Notes: generated by a model from the sequence alone, not told the origin. Positions 9,549-20,406 are shown, counted from the stretch's first letter. The stretch: 59,491 nt of DNA from Tubiluchus corallicola (GCA_030141605.1 JAQGDQ010002413.1:1-59491); one strand, 5' to 3'. Program-made: numbers and translations.

Positions 9549-10530
9549 TATAAATGCTAGCTTTATACTTTTTCAGGTTATCCAAATCTGCAAACCACTC
9601 ACAGGTTTTTTTCAGTCCTTCTTCAATAGAATATTTTGTTTTAAACCCAGTGTGTTTTAATAGTTTTGTATTGTCTCCCCAAAGTCTAAACACTTCTGAT
9701 TTTTCTGGTCTGATACGTTGCTGTTCTGTTACAAATCTAACATTAGAGTTCATAATTTTCTTTATCAGCTCTAAAGTATCTTTCATTGATATTTCAAAGT
9801 TAGAACAGATATTAACTTCTTCTCCTATTAAGGAATCACACTCTGAAACAGCTATAAATCCAGCAGCAGTATCTTCTACAAAGTTAAAATCCCTTGTTGG
9901 GGAAAGATCTCCTAGTTTAATTTCTTCTACTCCATTTGCAATTTGTGTAATGATTGTAGGGATAATAGCTCTGGCTGATTGTCTGGGACCATAAGTATTG
10001 AAAGGGCGAACTATCGTTACTGGTAGGTTAAAGGCATTATAAAAGCTCATTGCCATTGCATCTGCTCCAATTTTAGAAGCAGAGTAAGGAGACTGTGGTT
10101 GTTTGGGATGTTTTTCATCTATAGGAATATATTGAGCTGTCCCATATACTTCTGATGTAGAGGTATGTATCACACGTTTACATCCGTTTTCTATTGCTGC
10201 TTGACAAATATTTAAGGTTCCTTTTATATTTGTATCTACATAAGAATCAGGCGCTAAATAAGAGTACGGAATTGCTATTAATGCTCCTAAGTGATAAATC
10301 ACATCAATGTCTTTTGTTAGGTGTTTACAAAAGTGAGGATCACGAATATCTCCTGATACTACTTCAAGCTTATCATTTTCTTTTACATCTTCCAACCATC
10401 CCCAGTAATTGAATGAGTTATACAAAGAAAGAGCCTTTACATGAGCTCCCTTTTCTAATAACAATTCTGTTAAATGAGATCCAATAAAGCCATCAGCTCC
10501 TGTAACTAAAACTTGTTTATTATTTTCCAT
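9541..10530 (-). CDS. legB: NAD-dependent 4,6-dehydratase LegB
   Basis: VTGADGFIGSHL, YNSFNYWGWL, ALIAIPYSY, TSTSEVYG, YSASK, RPEKSEVFRL. Confidence 0.92.
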   Translation of the reverse strand: MENNKQVLVTGADGFIGSHLTELLLEKGAHVKALSLYNSFNYWGWLEDVKENDKLEVVSGDIRDPHFCKHLTKDIDVIYHLGALIAIPYSYLAPDSYVDTNIKGTLNICQAAIENGCKRVIHTSTSEVYGTAQYIPIDEKHPKQPQSPYSASKIGADAMAMSFYNAFNLPVTIVRPFNTYGPRQSARAIIPTIITQIANGVEEIKLGDLSPTRDFNFVEDTAAGFIAVSECDSLIGEEVNICSNFEISMKDTLELIKKIMNSNVRFVTEQQRIRPEKSEVFRLWGDNTKLLKHTGFKTKYSIEEGLKKTCEWFADLDNLKKYKASIYNV

Positions 10531-10785
10531 ATATTGTTAACTCTACTTATGATCACTTCTATTCACAAAACAAAAATAAAATCAGCATGAATTTATTCCT
10601 TCTTCTAAAATCTTATATAAAACTTCTTACAATACTACTGTTACTTCAACAAATTCTTCCTAAAGACTCAAACCATCATAATCATGCTTCTGTCTCAAAA
10701 CTGAACCGGCTTTTGCTAAGTATTTTTAAATTTCTTACTTGCTAGTTTGCTGCAAAATCCGCCCAAGTCTAATTCTTATCTGTGC

Positions 10786-10793
10786 CAAAGTTA
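10786..10793 (-). promoter_or_regulatory. Candidate Bacteroidota sigma-A -7 element (TAACTTTG) upstream of the leg operon
   Basis: Matches TAnnTTTG consensus, ~255 bp upstream of legB; short motif. Confidence 0.4.
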
Positions 10794-11017
10794 ATTATCT
10801 TCTATGATAGTTATCAGTCGTCCCTTAAGAATTGGTTTTTATCGAGATAAAAAGCTGCTATTTGTCTATTTTGATCTGGCGTATTAAAAAGCTCTGTAAG
10901 CTTCCCCTTTTTAGGACTACTTAAAAATAGATTATTTTCTTTTTCATAACCAAATTCTGAAAGCTTTTTCAGTGTGATTTTTGGTTCTGTCAAGGGCGAC
11001 TGAGTGAGCGAAGTCGT

Positions 11018-11890
11018 TTATATACCCTTGACAGGTTCATGAATCACATTTACTTTGCTTTTCAGCTTTTGGTTTTTCATTTTATTGGCATAACCTATGG
11101 GGGTCATTCCTCCCAATGAATCATGCGGCCTTTTATAGTTGTAATCAAATATCCATTTATCTGTTTCATCCCTGGCTTCATCCAGCGACTGAAACAGGTA
11201 GGCATCCAATACAGCCCTGCGGTATGTTCCGTTCAGGCGTTCTACAAAAGCATTCTGTGTTGGCTTGCCTGGCTGAATATATAACAGTTCTATCCCTTGA
11301 AGCTCACTCCATTCTTTTAAAAGTTCTGCAATAAACTCAGGGCCATTATCCATCCTTATTTTTGTTGGTTTACCTCTACGCTTTATCAAGTGGTTCAAAA
11401 CATAAACTACTTTGTTACTTCGAATCGAATGGTCAAGTTCAACATGAAGTGCTTCTCGGTTAAAATCGTCCATTATATTGAAACTCTTTATCTTCCGTCC
11501 GTTTTCAAGAGCATCGTGCATAAAATCAATTGACCAGCACTGATTGATGTTTTCTGGAATTACCAAAGGAACCTTAACTCTGACAGGAAGCCTCTTCTTT
11601 ACTTTCCTGCGGATATTTAGTTTCATCAGGCAGTAAACCCGATATACTCGCTTGTGGTTCCAATCGTAACCTTCCAGACGCAATCGCCCATAGGCTTTAC
11701 AGAATCCTTCTGTAGGATGGTCTTACGCTTTTTTGGTAAGCGCCTCAATTATCCCTGCATCATCTTTTATCGATTCATAATAATAAACCGAACGACTCAT
11801 ATTTAGTACTCGGCAAGCCCTGCGGATGCCTACTTTAGGAACTTTGCAAACTTCTTTTGCAATCTCTCGTTTTTCACAAGGATTTAAAGC
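11018..11890 (-). pseudogene. IS3 orfB integrase-core transposase with a premature stop (TKKA*DHP near 11724)
   Basis: [30 protein letters not shown]; in-frame TAA upstream of the 11018-11683 ORF. Confidence 0.8.
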
Positions 11891-12083
11891 TTTTTTTCGA
11901 TAATCTCTTTGGCGAGTTTTAAATCCAGAGATTGTTCGGCATACATCATTTTTAACTTGCGATTCTCCTCTTCAAGCTCTTTGAGCCTTTTTAACTCGGA
12001 TGCTTCCATGCCTCCAAAACGTTGCCTCCATTTATAAAACGAGGCTCTGCTAACGCCATGGTCGCGGACAATCTCGTCTACGT
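11884..12083 (-). pseudogene. IS3 orfA, N-terminus lost
   Basis: [37 protein letters not shown]; the first residues MLQCTKQ come from the IS1634 end. Confidence 0.8.
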
Positions 12084-12114
12084 CCTGTTTTGTGCATTGC
12101 AGCACCCAAGTTTA
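12084..12114 (-). mobile_element. Orphan 31-bp right end of the IS1634 element
   Basis: CCTGTTTTGTGCATTGCAGCACCCAAGTTTA is identical to 42525-42555. Confidence 0.9.
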
Positions 12115-12142
12115 AGCACTATCTCATAAACTGTGTAAATAG

Positions 12143-12180
12143 AAAATGCCGAGGGTTGCAACCCTCGGCATTTTTTTGTT
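12143..12180 (+). terminator. Hairpin plus T tract inside the IS256 left end
   Basis: AAAATGCCGAGGGTT-GC-AACCCTCGGCATTTTTTT perfect inverted repeat. Confidence 0.65.
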
Positions 12181-12203
12181 TAATTTTAAAACTTTAGACA
12201 GTA

Positions 12204-13400
12204 ATGAAAAAAGAAGATTTATTAAATGATGATTTCCTTGAACAGTTTAATTCAGGGGAAGAGCTCAATGGTTTTTTACAAGAGCTCCAAAAACGAGGCA
12301 TTGAAAAGATGCTTGAAGGAGAACTCGATGGTCATTTAGGCTATGATAAGAATCAAAAATCGGATAATCAGAATGCCCGCAATGGCTATTCAGAGAAGAG
12401 AGTCCGAACCACTCTGGGAGAATCCAACATTCAGGTTCCCCGAGACCGTGATTCTTCGTTTAATCCGATGATTGTACCCAAAGGAGGGAACATGGTCGAT
12501 GGCTTAGAGAATATCATTGTTTCGTTTTATGCTAAAGGAATGAGTAATAGCGATATTGAAGAGCAAATTCGGGAGCTATACGGTTTTGAAGTTTCCACAT
12601 CCACCATATCAAGGATTACCGATTCAGTCACCAACGACATTGTAGCGTGGCAGAACCGACCTCTGGAAACTGTATACCTAATTGTTTGGATGGATGGCAT
12701 TGTATTTAAAGTGCGGGAGAACTCTAAGGTCGTCAACAAAACCGTTTACATTGCCGTAGGACTTCGCAGAGATGGGAAAAAAGAGGTTCTTGGCTTATGG
12801 TTGGGCAAGAGTGAGTCCGCTGCCTTTTGGATGAACGTACTTACCGATATGAAAGCCCGTGGAGTTAACGATATTCTGATTACGGCAACAGATAACTTGA
12901 ATGGTTTTACAGATACTATCCGAACTGTTTTCCCTGAATCTAAAACACAAATATGTGTTGTTCATCAAATCCGTAACGCAAGCAGATACGTGGTTTGGAA
13001 AGATAAAAAGGCATTTACAAAAGATATGAAGCAAATCTATAATGCCCCTACAAAAGAGGCTGCAAAAGCAGCTTTAGAAGATTTTGCAGCAGCTTGGGAG
13101 GATAAATACTCTTACGCAATTAAAAGCTGGCGAGACAACTGGGAAGACCTAACAGTATTCTTTGAGTTTCCGCTGGAAATCAGAAAGATAATTTATACAA
13201 CCAACCTGATTGAGAATCTCAACGGAAAAATCAGAAAATACACAAAAAACAAACTTTCATTCCCGTCAGACCAGGCTGTAATGAAATCTGTATTTTTGGC
13301 AACCAGAGAAGCAACTAAAAAATGGTCAATGCCAATCAGAAACTGGGGCATTGTCTTGAATCAGTTCTTAGTTATATTTGAAAAAAGGGTCCAGCTATAA
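12204..13400 (+). CDS. IS256-family transposase, intact
   Basis: 398 aa, Mutator-family motifs as in copy 1. Confidence 0.93.
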   Translation: MKKEDLLNDDFLEQFNSGEELNGFLQELQKRGIEKMLEGELDGHLGYDKNQKSDNQNARNGYSEKRVRTTLGESNIQVPRDRDSSFNPMIVPKGGNMVDGLENIIVSFYAKGMSNSDIEEQIRELYGFEVSTSTISRITDSVTNDIVAWQNRPLETVYLIVWMDGIVFKVRENSKVVNKTVYIAVGLRRDGKKEVLGLWLGKSESAAFWMNVLTDMKARGVNDILITATDNLNGFTDTIRTVFPESKTQICVVHQIRNASRYVVWKDKKAFTKDMKQIYNAPTKEAAKAALEDFAAAWEDKYSYAIKSWRDNWEDLTVFFEFPLEIRKIIYTTNLIENLNGKIRKYTKNKLSFPSDQAVMKSVFLATREATKKWSMPIRNWGIVLNQFLVIFEKRVQL

Positions 13401-13452
13401 ATAGCCAAACCCTCGGTATTTTTTTAGTTTACACACTTTGTGAAACAGTGTC

Positions 13453-14885
13453 CAATAAATCAAAAGTGCTACACTGCGATTTTCTGATTCCTTTTTCTTT
13501 TTTCATTTAGCGTTTTTATTTTAATGTTTTCACGATTGCCCAGTAACTGTTTTTGCCTTCCAAAATACACGTCGGCAGGTGTAACATTCTTGAGTGATTC
13601 ATGATACCGGTGGTTGTTGTAATTATATACAAACTCCTGTAGAACCGTCATTAGTTCATCAGGAAAGTAGTAGTTATCCAACTTTACCTGATTTTTCATG
13701 GTGCGGTGGTAACGCTCAATTTTCCCTTGTGTTTGAGGGTGGTATGGGGCTCCACGTAAATGTCCCATTTTGGTGTCTTTTAAAAAGCTTTGAAACTCGT
13801 TTGATATGTAGCACGCTCCATTATCGGAGAGTAACCTGGGACAATCGTCTGCAGGTATTTTGGCCGTATAAAGCCTTTTGAATAACATGCTTGGCATCGG
13901 CCGACTCAATGCTTTGGCAAAGCTCCCAGGTGACGATATACCTTGAATAATCGTCCATTACGGTAGCCAAATAATACCAGCCCCATCCAATGATTTTAAA
14001 GTAGGTGAAATCGGTTTGCCATTGCTGGTGCACACGCGTGGTCTTATCTTTAAAATCATCGGATGCAGCCATTAAAAGCCACGCAGGAGATGTGATTAGC
14101 ACTTGCTCTTTGAGAATCCGATATACGCTGGTTTCGCTGATAAACCACTTTTGATGGTCGGTGATGTGGTGGGCTAGTTCCCTAGGCGATAAGTCTGTAC
14201 GTTACAAAGCGGTGTCTAAAACCAGTTCTCGTTCTTTGTTGGATATCTTGTCCCAGAACTTTTTGCGTTTTACCGGCTTGGGCTTGAGTGCATCATATCC
14301 TCCCTCAAGGAAGCGTTTGTACCACTCGTAAAAGGTACTTCGGCTGATGTCAAGTTCTTCAAGTGTGCGCTTAACTCCGAATTCCGAATCTTGAACAATA
14401 CGGATAATTTCCATCTTTTCACTGGCGCTTCGTCTCATATATTTATAAGTTACTCGGTTCCAGTTAAGCTTTTTTTAAGCATGCGTACTTCCAAACTCAG
14501 CTCTGCTACAAGCTGCTTTAGGTCGTGGTTCTCGTTCTTTAAACCGTTTACTTCGCCCGATGTAGCTTCCCGTTTAATGTCACCTGCAAGGCGTTTTTTG
14601 CCAGCTTCCATAAAATCTTTACTCCACTTGTAATAAAGGTTCGCGTTGATGCCTTCTTTTAGGCATAACTCGGCAATGCTATATTCGCCACGCATGCCCT
14701 CTAGTAAAATCCTGATTTTTTCTTCAGCTGATTACTTCTTCCTCGTGTGTCTCTTAATCTCTTTTACCTTTTGTTCGGTAGTCTGTTTTTTTGCCTTAAT
14801 CTTATTCGTTTTTATTGGTTATAATTTAAGAAATGTCTCTCTTAATTTTTAAACCAATTTGTCCGAATTAAGCTGAAGATTTACA
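13453..14885 (-). mobile_element. Degenerate IS3/IS481-type element (two-ORF, rve integrase core); right end cut by IS256
   Basis: Left end TGTAAATCTTCAGCTTAATTCGGACA at 14885; fragments 14450-14695, 14202-14438, 13821-14102, 13469-13909. Confidence 0.8.
13469..14800 (-). pseudogene. Transposase pseudogene with multiple stops and frameshifts
   Basis: WQTDFTYFKI.GWGWYYL, LLSDNG.CY, HPQTQGKIERYH split over several frames; RKK*SAEEKIRI stop in orfA. Confidence 0.82.
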
Positions 14886-14991
14886 CTTCACTGAATCTCT
14901 CTAAGCGTGATTTCTGGAATTGTTGCAGATATGCCTTTATGGTTTTAATCTCCTGAGAGAGTGACAGGATTAGTTCAATAATCTCTGTCAT
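14886..14991 (-). pseudogene. 5' fragment (MTEIIELILSLSQEIKTIKAYL...) of a gene of the integrative element, cut by the IS at 14885
   Basis: ATG overlaps the TGA of 14988-15296 (ATGA); frame is open up to the IS terminus. Confidence 0.5.
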
Positions 14992-15296
14992 AGCTTTACT
15001 CTCCCTTTTTTGATTAAGTAATCAGCAGCTTGTTGCTGAATTTCATCATTAGTTGATGTGCGGTTGCGTAGCAACCACTCATCTAACTCAAGTCGTTTGA
15101 AATAAAGTCGCTTCCCCTGTGGACAGAAGTGCGGAATGGATTTGCTGCTCGTCAGCTTGTATAAGTGACTTTGGCTGAGATCCAAGTACTGACATGCTTC
15201 ATTGAAGTTTAAGACTTCCTTTTGAAGTATATTTTGCTCGGTGAGCATACGCTCGATATTATCGAGCTTTTCGATTATTCGATTTTGATCTAACAT
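14988..15296 (-). CDS. Excisionase-like helix-turn-helix protein (HTH_17)
   Basis: KEVLNFNEACQYLDLSQSHLYKLTS...IPHFCPQGKRLYFKRLELDEWL. Confidence 0.88.
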   Translation of the reverse strand: MLDQNRIIEKLDNIERMLTEQNILQKEVLNFNEACQYLDLSQSHLYKLTSSKSIPHFCPQGKRLYFKRLELDEWLLRNRTSTNDEIQQQAADYLIKKGRVKL

Positions 15297-15438
15297 CTTT
15301 GTTACGTGTTAAAAGTTCAACAAATGGATTGTTGTGCCTTTCGCTCACCGAAAGCAAGGCACGTGCTTTCAATGAACTTCGTAACAAAGAGAGGAGGTAA
15401 GAGAAGGGAAGGAAAGAGGTAACGCTACCTTACCAATA

Positions 15439-17047
15439 TTACCCTTCCATAGATTTCATATCATGCTGATAGCTAGAGGGTTTAACACTAAATTTTGTTT
15501 TGGTGGTATTCCATTCAATATTCTTGAATTGTTCAAATACCGCATGTAAAAAATCAATCCATTCAGGTTTGATGGTTTTTGTGGTGTATAGCTCTTTATG
15601 GATTAGGTAAAAGGTATAGCGGATCATACCCGTACTAATGTTGATTTGAGAAATCTTGTTGATTTTGTCAGGGAGCTTTTCATTTTCAATCAGAAAATCC
15701 ACCATCTGCAACAAGCGATTGTAATCATCATCTTTCATGATCTTATCCTGCTGTGGATTGTTGCCAGATAAGAAATTGAGGAAATTCCTAGCAGTGCCTT
15801 TTTGCGAAGCAAAATCAGGCCGCTCACGCTTAGCCTTTGGTGTTGCTTTTTGTTCATTTGATCCTTTCCCAATTTGCGTAGCTGTAAATGTCTGGGTAAA
15901 GTGATTTCGATATAATTCCTTTTGGGTTTCCAGCCAGTGGTTCAACTTACGACATACACTATGCTTCAAGGTAGAATCTGCTACTTTAGGAAGCTCAGGC
16001 ACGATATTAGACGCATCCTGAATTTCTTCTATCTGCTCAAATCGTTCATGTCCAAAAACAAACTGTTCAATCTCTGCTTTGTATTGAGCCTTAATGGTTT
16101 TAAATAGGCTATCTGCAAATGAAGGAGCGTATAGGTCTTCAAATGAATGTTGCTTCGGGTCTTCCAATTGAGCTTCAATGAAAAGTCGATTCTCAATTGC
16201 GGTAATGGCTTGAATTAACTTTGAGTTACTTGTATCGCTGATCAGGAGGTCATGAAGTTCTTTTAGAACTGAATGTGCTTTGTCTTCCTTAAAATCCTGA
16301 GTATCCGCAATATTCTGTGCTCTGCGTATCGCTAGTCCCTTCGAGACTTTTTGGTAAGTGATTTCGGGAGGTGTTTTCCCTAATACCTGGGCATAAAGTT
16401 CTGATGCGGTCTTTCCCAAGTCGCCAACGAAAGAGGAAAAAGTTGAAAGGATCTCATAGTAAACCCTTATCAAGGTGATTTGTAAAGTGTAGTACACAAA
16501 ATGTGTATTCATCTGAATACGCTCGGTATCGGTTTCTTCATTGGTTGGTTGATAGAATGGAGTATCAGTGTTTGGAAGAAATTTTAATTCTTTAGCAGTA
16601 TTCTTTAAGTAAGTATTCAGTTTGTAGTAAGACCTTTTGAAGCAGGAATCTACCATCAGCATGGGTTCCCATAGCCTGTATTTCATGAGCAAGCTCATGA
16701 ATGATTCGTGTGCCTTCATTTTTGATAAGGTAATAGTAGTACTCGGTAGTGGAGTTGAAATATGGTGGAATGTCAATATCAATGCCCGGTTCAAAGACTT
16801 CATCTCTTATTCCACTGATTTCAATTTTTCCTTCTTCAGGGTTGAGGTTTACATAGTACTCTTCTTTATTTAAAAGGAAAGGATGTTCTGCCAGTGCTTT
16901 CTTTAACTCAGCTTCAAACTCTTCCATTGTGCCAGGCACTTTAAATGTTGGGTTGAGCTTTGATGTGAAGTACTTTTCTTCACGATTGTTTCCTGTGAAT
17001 GGCTGAAGCTCTCCAAACAGGATGCTATTGAATATTTTCAGTTCCAT
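15439..17047 (-). pseudogene. Uncharacterised ~534-aa protein of the integrative element, frameshifted by a 4-bp duplication near 16606-16615
   Basis: ORFs 16592-17047 and 15439-16803 join in frame (EYLKNTAKEL) if one unit of TAAGTAAG is removed; starts right after the integrase stop. Confidence 0.75.
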
Positions 17048-18142
17048 CTATAGATCAAGTTTAATTTTGCTGGCAGCTTCTTTCTTCTTGTCGTCAATGA
17101 TCTTGGCATAGACTTGAGTAGTTTTCAATTCCTTATGCCCTAAGAGCTTAGAGACCGTGTAAATGTCCGTTCCTGCCGTGAGCTGTAAAGTAGCGTAGGT
17201 GTGACGGGCACAGTGAAAAGTAATGGTCTTGGAGATGCCTGCTTTCATCATCCACTGTTGCAATTTCAAGTTGTGCCAAGCCGAGTATTTCAATCCTTTG
17301 AATACTCTTTCGTCTTTATCATCCCTTTCACCGAGCAAGCCAAAGGCTTGATCAGAAATGGGTAAGGTTTCAGCTCCTTTGGTTTTCTTCTGCCTGAAAC
17401 GGATGTAGTAACCCCTGTCATTGGAATGCTGTACTTCGGACCATACAAGTTTTTGAATGTCTGACCAGCGCAATCCAGTAAGGCATGAGAATATGAATGC
17501 AGTTTTGAGTTGCTCGTTTTCGCATTCGGTATTGGCAGCAGCTTGCAGCTCTTCAAGTGTGAGGAACTCTCTTTCCGGATCTCCTTGCTTGAAGGCATCT
17601 ACGCCTTCCGCAGGATAGTGTGGAATTATGCCGTCCTTCACTGCTTGCTTTAGTGCAGCTCTAAGCTTGTTGAAGTAAGAGTATTTGGAGTTTTGCGATA
17701 GCTTATTTGTGCCGTGAGTGATTGCTTTCTTGTCGAGGTATTCTTTGAAGTCCTGGACAATCTGACGATCAACAAACTCAAAGGCAATATCCTGTGGCAT
17801 GAACTTCTTGAAATGCTTTATCATACTATCCCAATTTCCGTAATTACCCGCACTGTCTTGTCGCTTGTTGGCAAGTAATTCTAAATAGGCAGTTTCACTG
17901 CCTATTAGTTTCTCATTGTCACGGAAGCCATAAGTGCCGTTTTGAATTTCAATCTGTCGCTGTGCTCTGATGGTTTCAGCTAATTGAAGTGTCTTTTTGT
18001 TGACTTCCTTCTGCTCTTTGGTTTTCGGGTTGGGATCAAGGTATAGCTGGAGGTATTCCGTTTTGCGTTTTCCCTTGTTGTAGTAATCAAGGTAGAGGCT
18101 GGTCTTACCGCCTTGGTTCCTTTGTCTTAGTGTTACTTTCAT
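17048..18142 (-). CDS. Tyrosine site-specific integrase (Bacteroidota arm-DNA-binding/SAM-like type)
   Basis: SLYLDYY..GKR..EYL, TGLRWSD, TFHCARHTYAT, LGH...TTQVY. Confidence 0.95.
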   Translation of the reverse strand: MKVTLRQRNQGGKTSLYLDYYNKGKRKTEYLQLYLDPNPKTKEQKEVNKKTLQLAETIRAQRQIEIQNGTYGFRDNEKLIGSETAYLELLANKRQDSAGNYGNWDSMIKHFKKFMPQDIAFEFVDRQIVQDFKEYLDKKAITHGTNKLSQNSKYSYFNKLRAALKQAVKDGIIPHYPAEGVDAFKQGDPEREFLTLEELQAAANTECENEQLKTAFIFSCLTGLRWSDIQKLVWSEVQHSNDRGYYIRFRQKKTKGAETLPISDQAFGLLGERDDKDERVFKGLKYSAWHNLKLQQWMMKAGISKTITFHCARHTYATLQLTAGTDIYTVSKLLGHKELKTTQVYAKIIDDKKKEAASKIKLDL

Positions 18143-18450
18143 GCCTGAAACAGTTTATCGATTTCCGTTCTCCTTATTATGGTGCGTCTGCCAAGTTTAG
18201 CGGCAGTCAATTGCTTTCTATCTATCATGCGATAGATTGTCCAGCGGCTTGTACCTAATAGCTTACAAGCGTCCTGAATACTTAGAAAGTCTTTTGATTG
18301 AATGCCGTTAACTGAAGTTGAAGAGGAGGAGGTATCAACGGTCTGGAGCTTTTCCTGTCGCTTACGTTTCTTGTAGGCACGTTTAGCGCAGTTATCCGAG
18401 CAATACTTGGTTACAGTAGTCTTTGCGATGAAGATTTCACCACAATACAT
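18139..18450 (-). CDS. Zn-ribbon/HTH excisionase-like protein; start region looks damaged
   Basis: C..CG..FIAKTTVTKYCS..C plus LSIQDACKLLGTSRWTIYR; in-frame SYIRIEKT upstream lacks an ATG. Confidence 0.75.
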   Translation of the reverse strand: MYCGEIFIAKTTVTKYCSDNCAKRAYKKRKRQEKLQTVDTSSSSTSVNGIQSKDFLSIQDACKLLGTSRWTIYRMIDRKQLTAAKLGRRTIIRRTEIDKLFQA

Positions 18451-18469
18451 GCAAGTCTTTTCGATTCTG

Positions 18470-18610
18470 ATGTAGCTACATGTAGCTGGTTGTAGCTCTA
18501 TATAGCATCATTTCTCCTTTGCTCTAAAATCTTGTTGCTACCAACAAATTTGTTTCTATTAGCAACCGATTAGCAACAAATATACGGAAAATAAAGGAAA
18601 ATTAGCAATA
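18470..18610. repeat. Short repeats (TGTAGCT x3; TTAGCAA x3 plus inverted TTGCTA), candidate integrase arm/att-associated sites
   Basis: Read directly between the mnmE stop and the first element gene. Confidence 0.5.
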
Positions 18611-18677
18611 AACAAAGGAAGTAAAAACTGCTTAAAATGCACTAAAAGAAGCATTTAGCTAAGAAAAAGAAAAGTAA

Positions 18678-20075
18678 TTACTTCCCGATACAGAAATTCT
18701 TAAAAATATTATTTAGTATTTCGTCTGTAGACACCTCGCCTGTTATCTCTCCCAGGTAATGCATACACTCTCGAATATCCTGCGCCAGGAAGTCGCCTGA
18801 CACACATGATTGCAGCCCCTCCCGCACACGGGCAATTGATTTGCTAGCATGGGTAAGAGCCTCATAGTGGCGTATATTAGCCACTATCACATCACCGGTG
18901 TCAATATTTGACACTCCCGCTACTTCAGACAGCATAGAGGTAAGCTTACCAATATTTAGCAGCTTTTTGGCAGAAATAAAGACAAGCTTCCCTATTTTGG
19001 GTAGTTCTATGGTTGAGGTTATTTTACTTACAGTTTCGTTATCCACCATATCCACTTTATTGCCTACCACTATTAACTGCTGATTATCTATTCCCGAGCA
19101 TATCTTTTGCAGCCTTCTATTACTATGGGCAACAGGCATTGTTACATCTATAACAAAGAGCACTATACCAGCCTGTCGCAGCTTACTATAAGTTCGTTCA
19201 ATGCCCAGACTCTCAACTTTGTCATCTGTGTCCCTTATTCCTGCTGTATCGAAGAGCCGAAATGTTACACCGTCTATACTAATGACCTCTTCTATAACAT
19301 CACGAGTTGTTCCGTGTATATCAGAGACAATGGCCTTATCCTCATTTAAAAGGGCGTTTAATAATGTAGACTTACCCACATTGGTCTCTCCAGCGATGAC
19401 TACAGGAACACCTTTCTTTATAGCATTACCTACCTGAAACGACCTAGCCAGCTTCCCGATTATATTCTCTATAGTGGCAGCCATCTCGCTGAGCTTGCCG
19501 CAATCTGCAAACTCAACATCCTCTTCGCTAAAATCCAGCTCAAGCTCTATAAGGGATACAAAATTCAGCAATCGTGTGCGCAAACCGGCCAACTCACTGG
19601 AGAAACCCCCTCTCATCTGGGTTATAGCCAATCTATGCGATGCTGCCGAATCGGAAGCTATAAGGTCGGCAACAGACTCAGCTTGTGCCATATCTATTTT
19701 GCCATTCAGAAAAGCCCTTTTCGTAAACTCCCCCGGCTGCGCCATCTGGGCACCTTTTGATATCAGAAGTTGTAAAACAGACTGCTGTATATATGAAGAA
19801 CCATGGCATGATATCTCCACAACATCCTCACCTGTAGAAGAGTGAGGGGCTCTGAATAGAACCACAACCACTTCATCGACGACTACTCCTCCATCAACAA
19901 TGGCCCCAAAATGTGTAGAGTTAGCCCTCTGCCCTACCAGTTTCTTACTTTTATCGGGCGAAACAAATATTTCATCGGCAATAACTATCGCACTTTTTCC
20001 TGAAAGGCGCACAATAGCGAGAGCCCCCACTCCGGGGGGGGTAGATATAGCGCAGATCGTAGGTTGGGCAATCAT
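18678..20075 (-). CDS. mnmE: tRNA modification GTPase MnmE (TrmE)
   Basis: TGEDVVEISCHG, PGEFTKRAFLNGK, GETNVGKSTL, GTTRD, DTAG, C-terminal FCIGK. Confidence 0.97.
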   Translation of the reverse strand: MIAQPTICAISTPPGVGALAIVRLSGKSAIVIADEIFVSPDKSKKLVGQRANSTHFGAIVDGGVVVDEVVVVLFRAPHSSTGEDVVEISCHGSSYIQQSVLQLLISKGAQMAQPGEFTKRAFLNGKIDMAQAESVADLIASDSAASHRLAITQMRGGFSSELAGLRTRLLNFVSLIELELDFSEEDVEFADCGKLSEMAATIENIIGKLARSFQVGNAIKKGVPVVIAGETNVGKSTLLNALLNEDKAIVSDIHGTTRDVIEEVISIDGVTFRLFDTAGIRDTDDKVESLGIERTYSKLRQAGIVLFVIDVTMPVAHSNRRLQKICSGIDNQQLIVVGNKVDMVDNETVSKITSTIELPKIGKLVFISAKKLLNIGKLTSMLSEVAGVSNIDTGDVIVANIRHYEALTHASKSIARVREGLQSCVSGDFLAQDIRECMHYLGEITGEVSTDEILNNIFKNFCIGK

Positions 20076-20103
20076 AACTTAAATAACATAAAAACGTAGC
20101 TTG

Positions 20104-20111
20104 CAAAGATA
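20104..20111 (-). promoter_or_regulatory. Candidate -7 promoter element TATCTTTG for mnmE
   Basis: TAnnTTTG ~30 bp upstream of the start codon. Confidence 0.55.
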
Positions 20112-20398
20112 GTTGAATCTATGTTTTTTGGCGCATAAAAGGAGGTGCCGGTGGATGCAGGCGAAGACGCAGGCAGCTATACCGACAGGAAGACCTATTC
20201 AAAACAAAAGACTTTGACTCAGATTTAAGGAAAATTCGATATAAGCCGCTCCTTATCCAGGCAGATAAAGACTTTAAGGCGGACTTTAACAAAAATATTA
20301 AGCCCTCTAAAGAGATAAAGGGGGTTTTTTGTTACCATAAGAAAGATTTTTATTTTTGCCTTAATTAGCTGTGGGGCTTGCTTGCCACAAGATATCCG

Positions 20399-20406
20399 TA
20401 CCTTTG
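20399..20406 (+). promoter_or_regulatory. Candidate -7 promoter element TACCTTTG for fabG
   Basis: TAnnTTTG ~60 bp upstream of the start codon. Confidence 0.5.

Larger units (their letters stand above)
10895..12083 (-). mobile_element. IS3-family element, 5'-truncated and inactivated
   Basis: Right end ...GTCCTAAAAAGGGGAAGCTTACA at 10895; orfA/orfB arrangement with an A-rich frameshift window near 11890; cut at 12084 by an IS1634 end. Confidence 0.85.
12115..13452 (+). mobile_element. IS256-family element, copy 2 (full length, no matching target duplication)
   Basis: Imperfect IRs AGCACTATCTCATAAACTGTGTAAA / TTTACACACTTTGTGAAACAGTGTC; the two flanks differ. Confidence 0.9.
14886..18695 (-). 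mobile_element. Remnant of a tyrosine-recombinase integrative element at the 3' end of mnmE
   Basis: HTH-integrase-unknown-HTH cassette directly after the mnmE stop; short repeats at 18470-18610. Confidence 0.75.

Noticed and set aside
10987-11035. Hairpin CTGTCAAGGG...CCCTTGACAG at the end of IS3 orfB
   Set aside because: It lies within the IS3 element; no evidence for an independent RNA gene.
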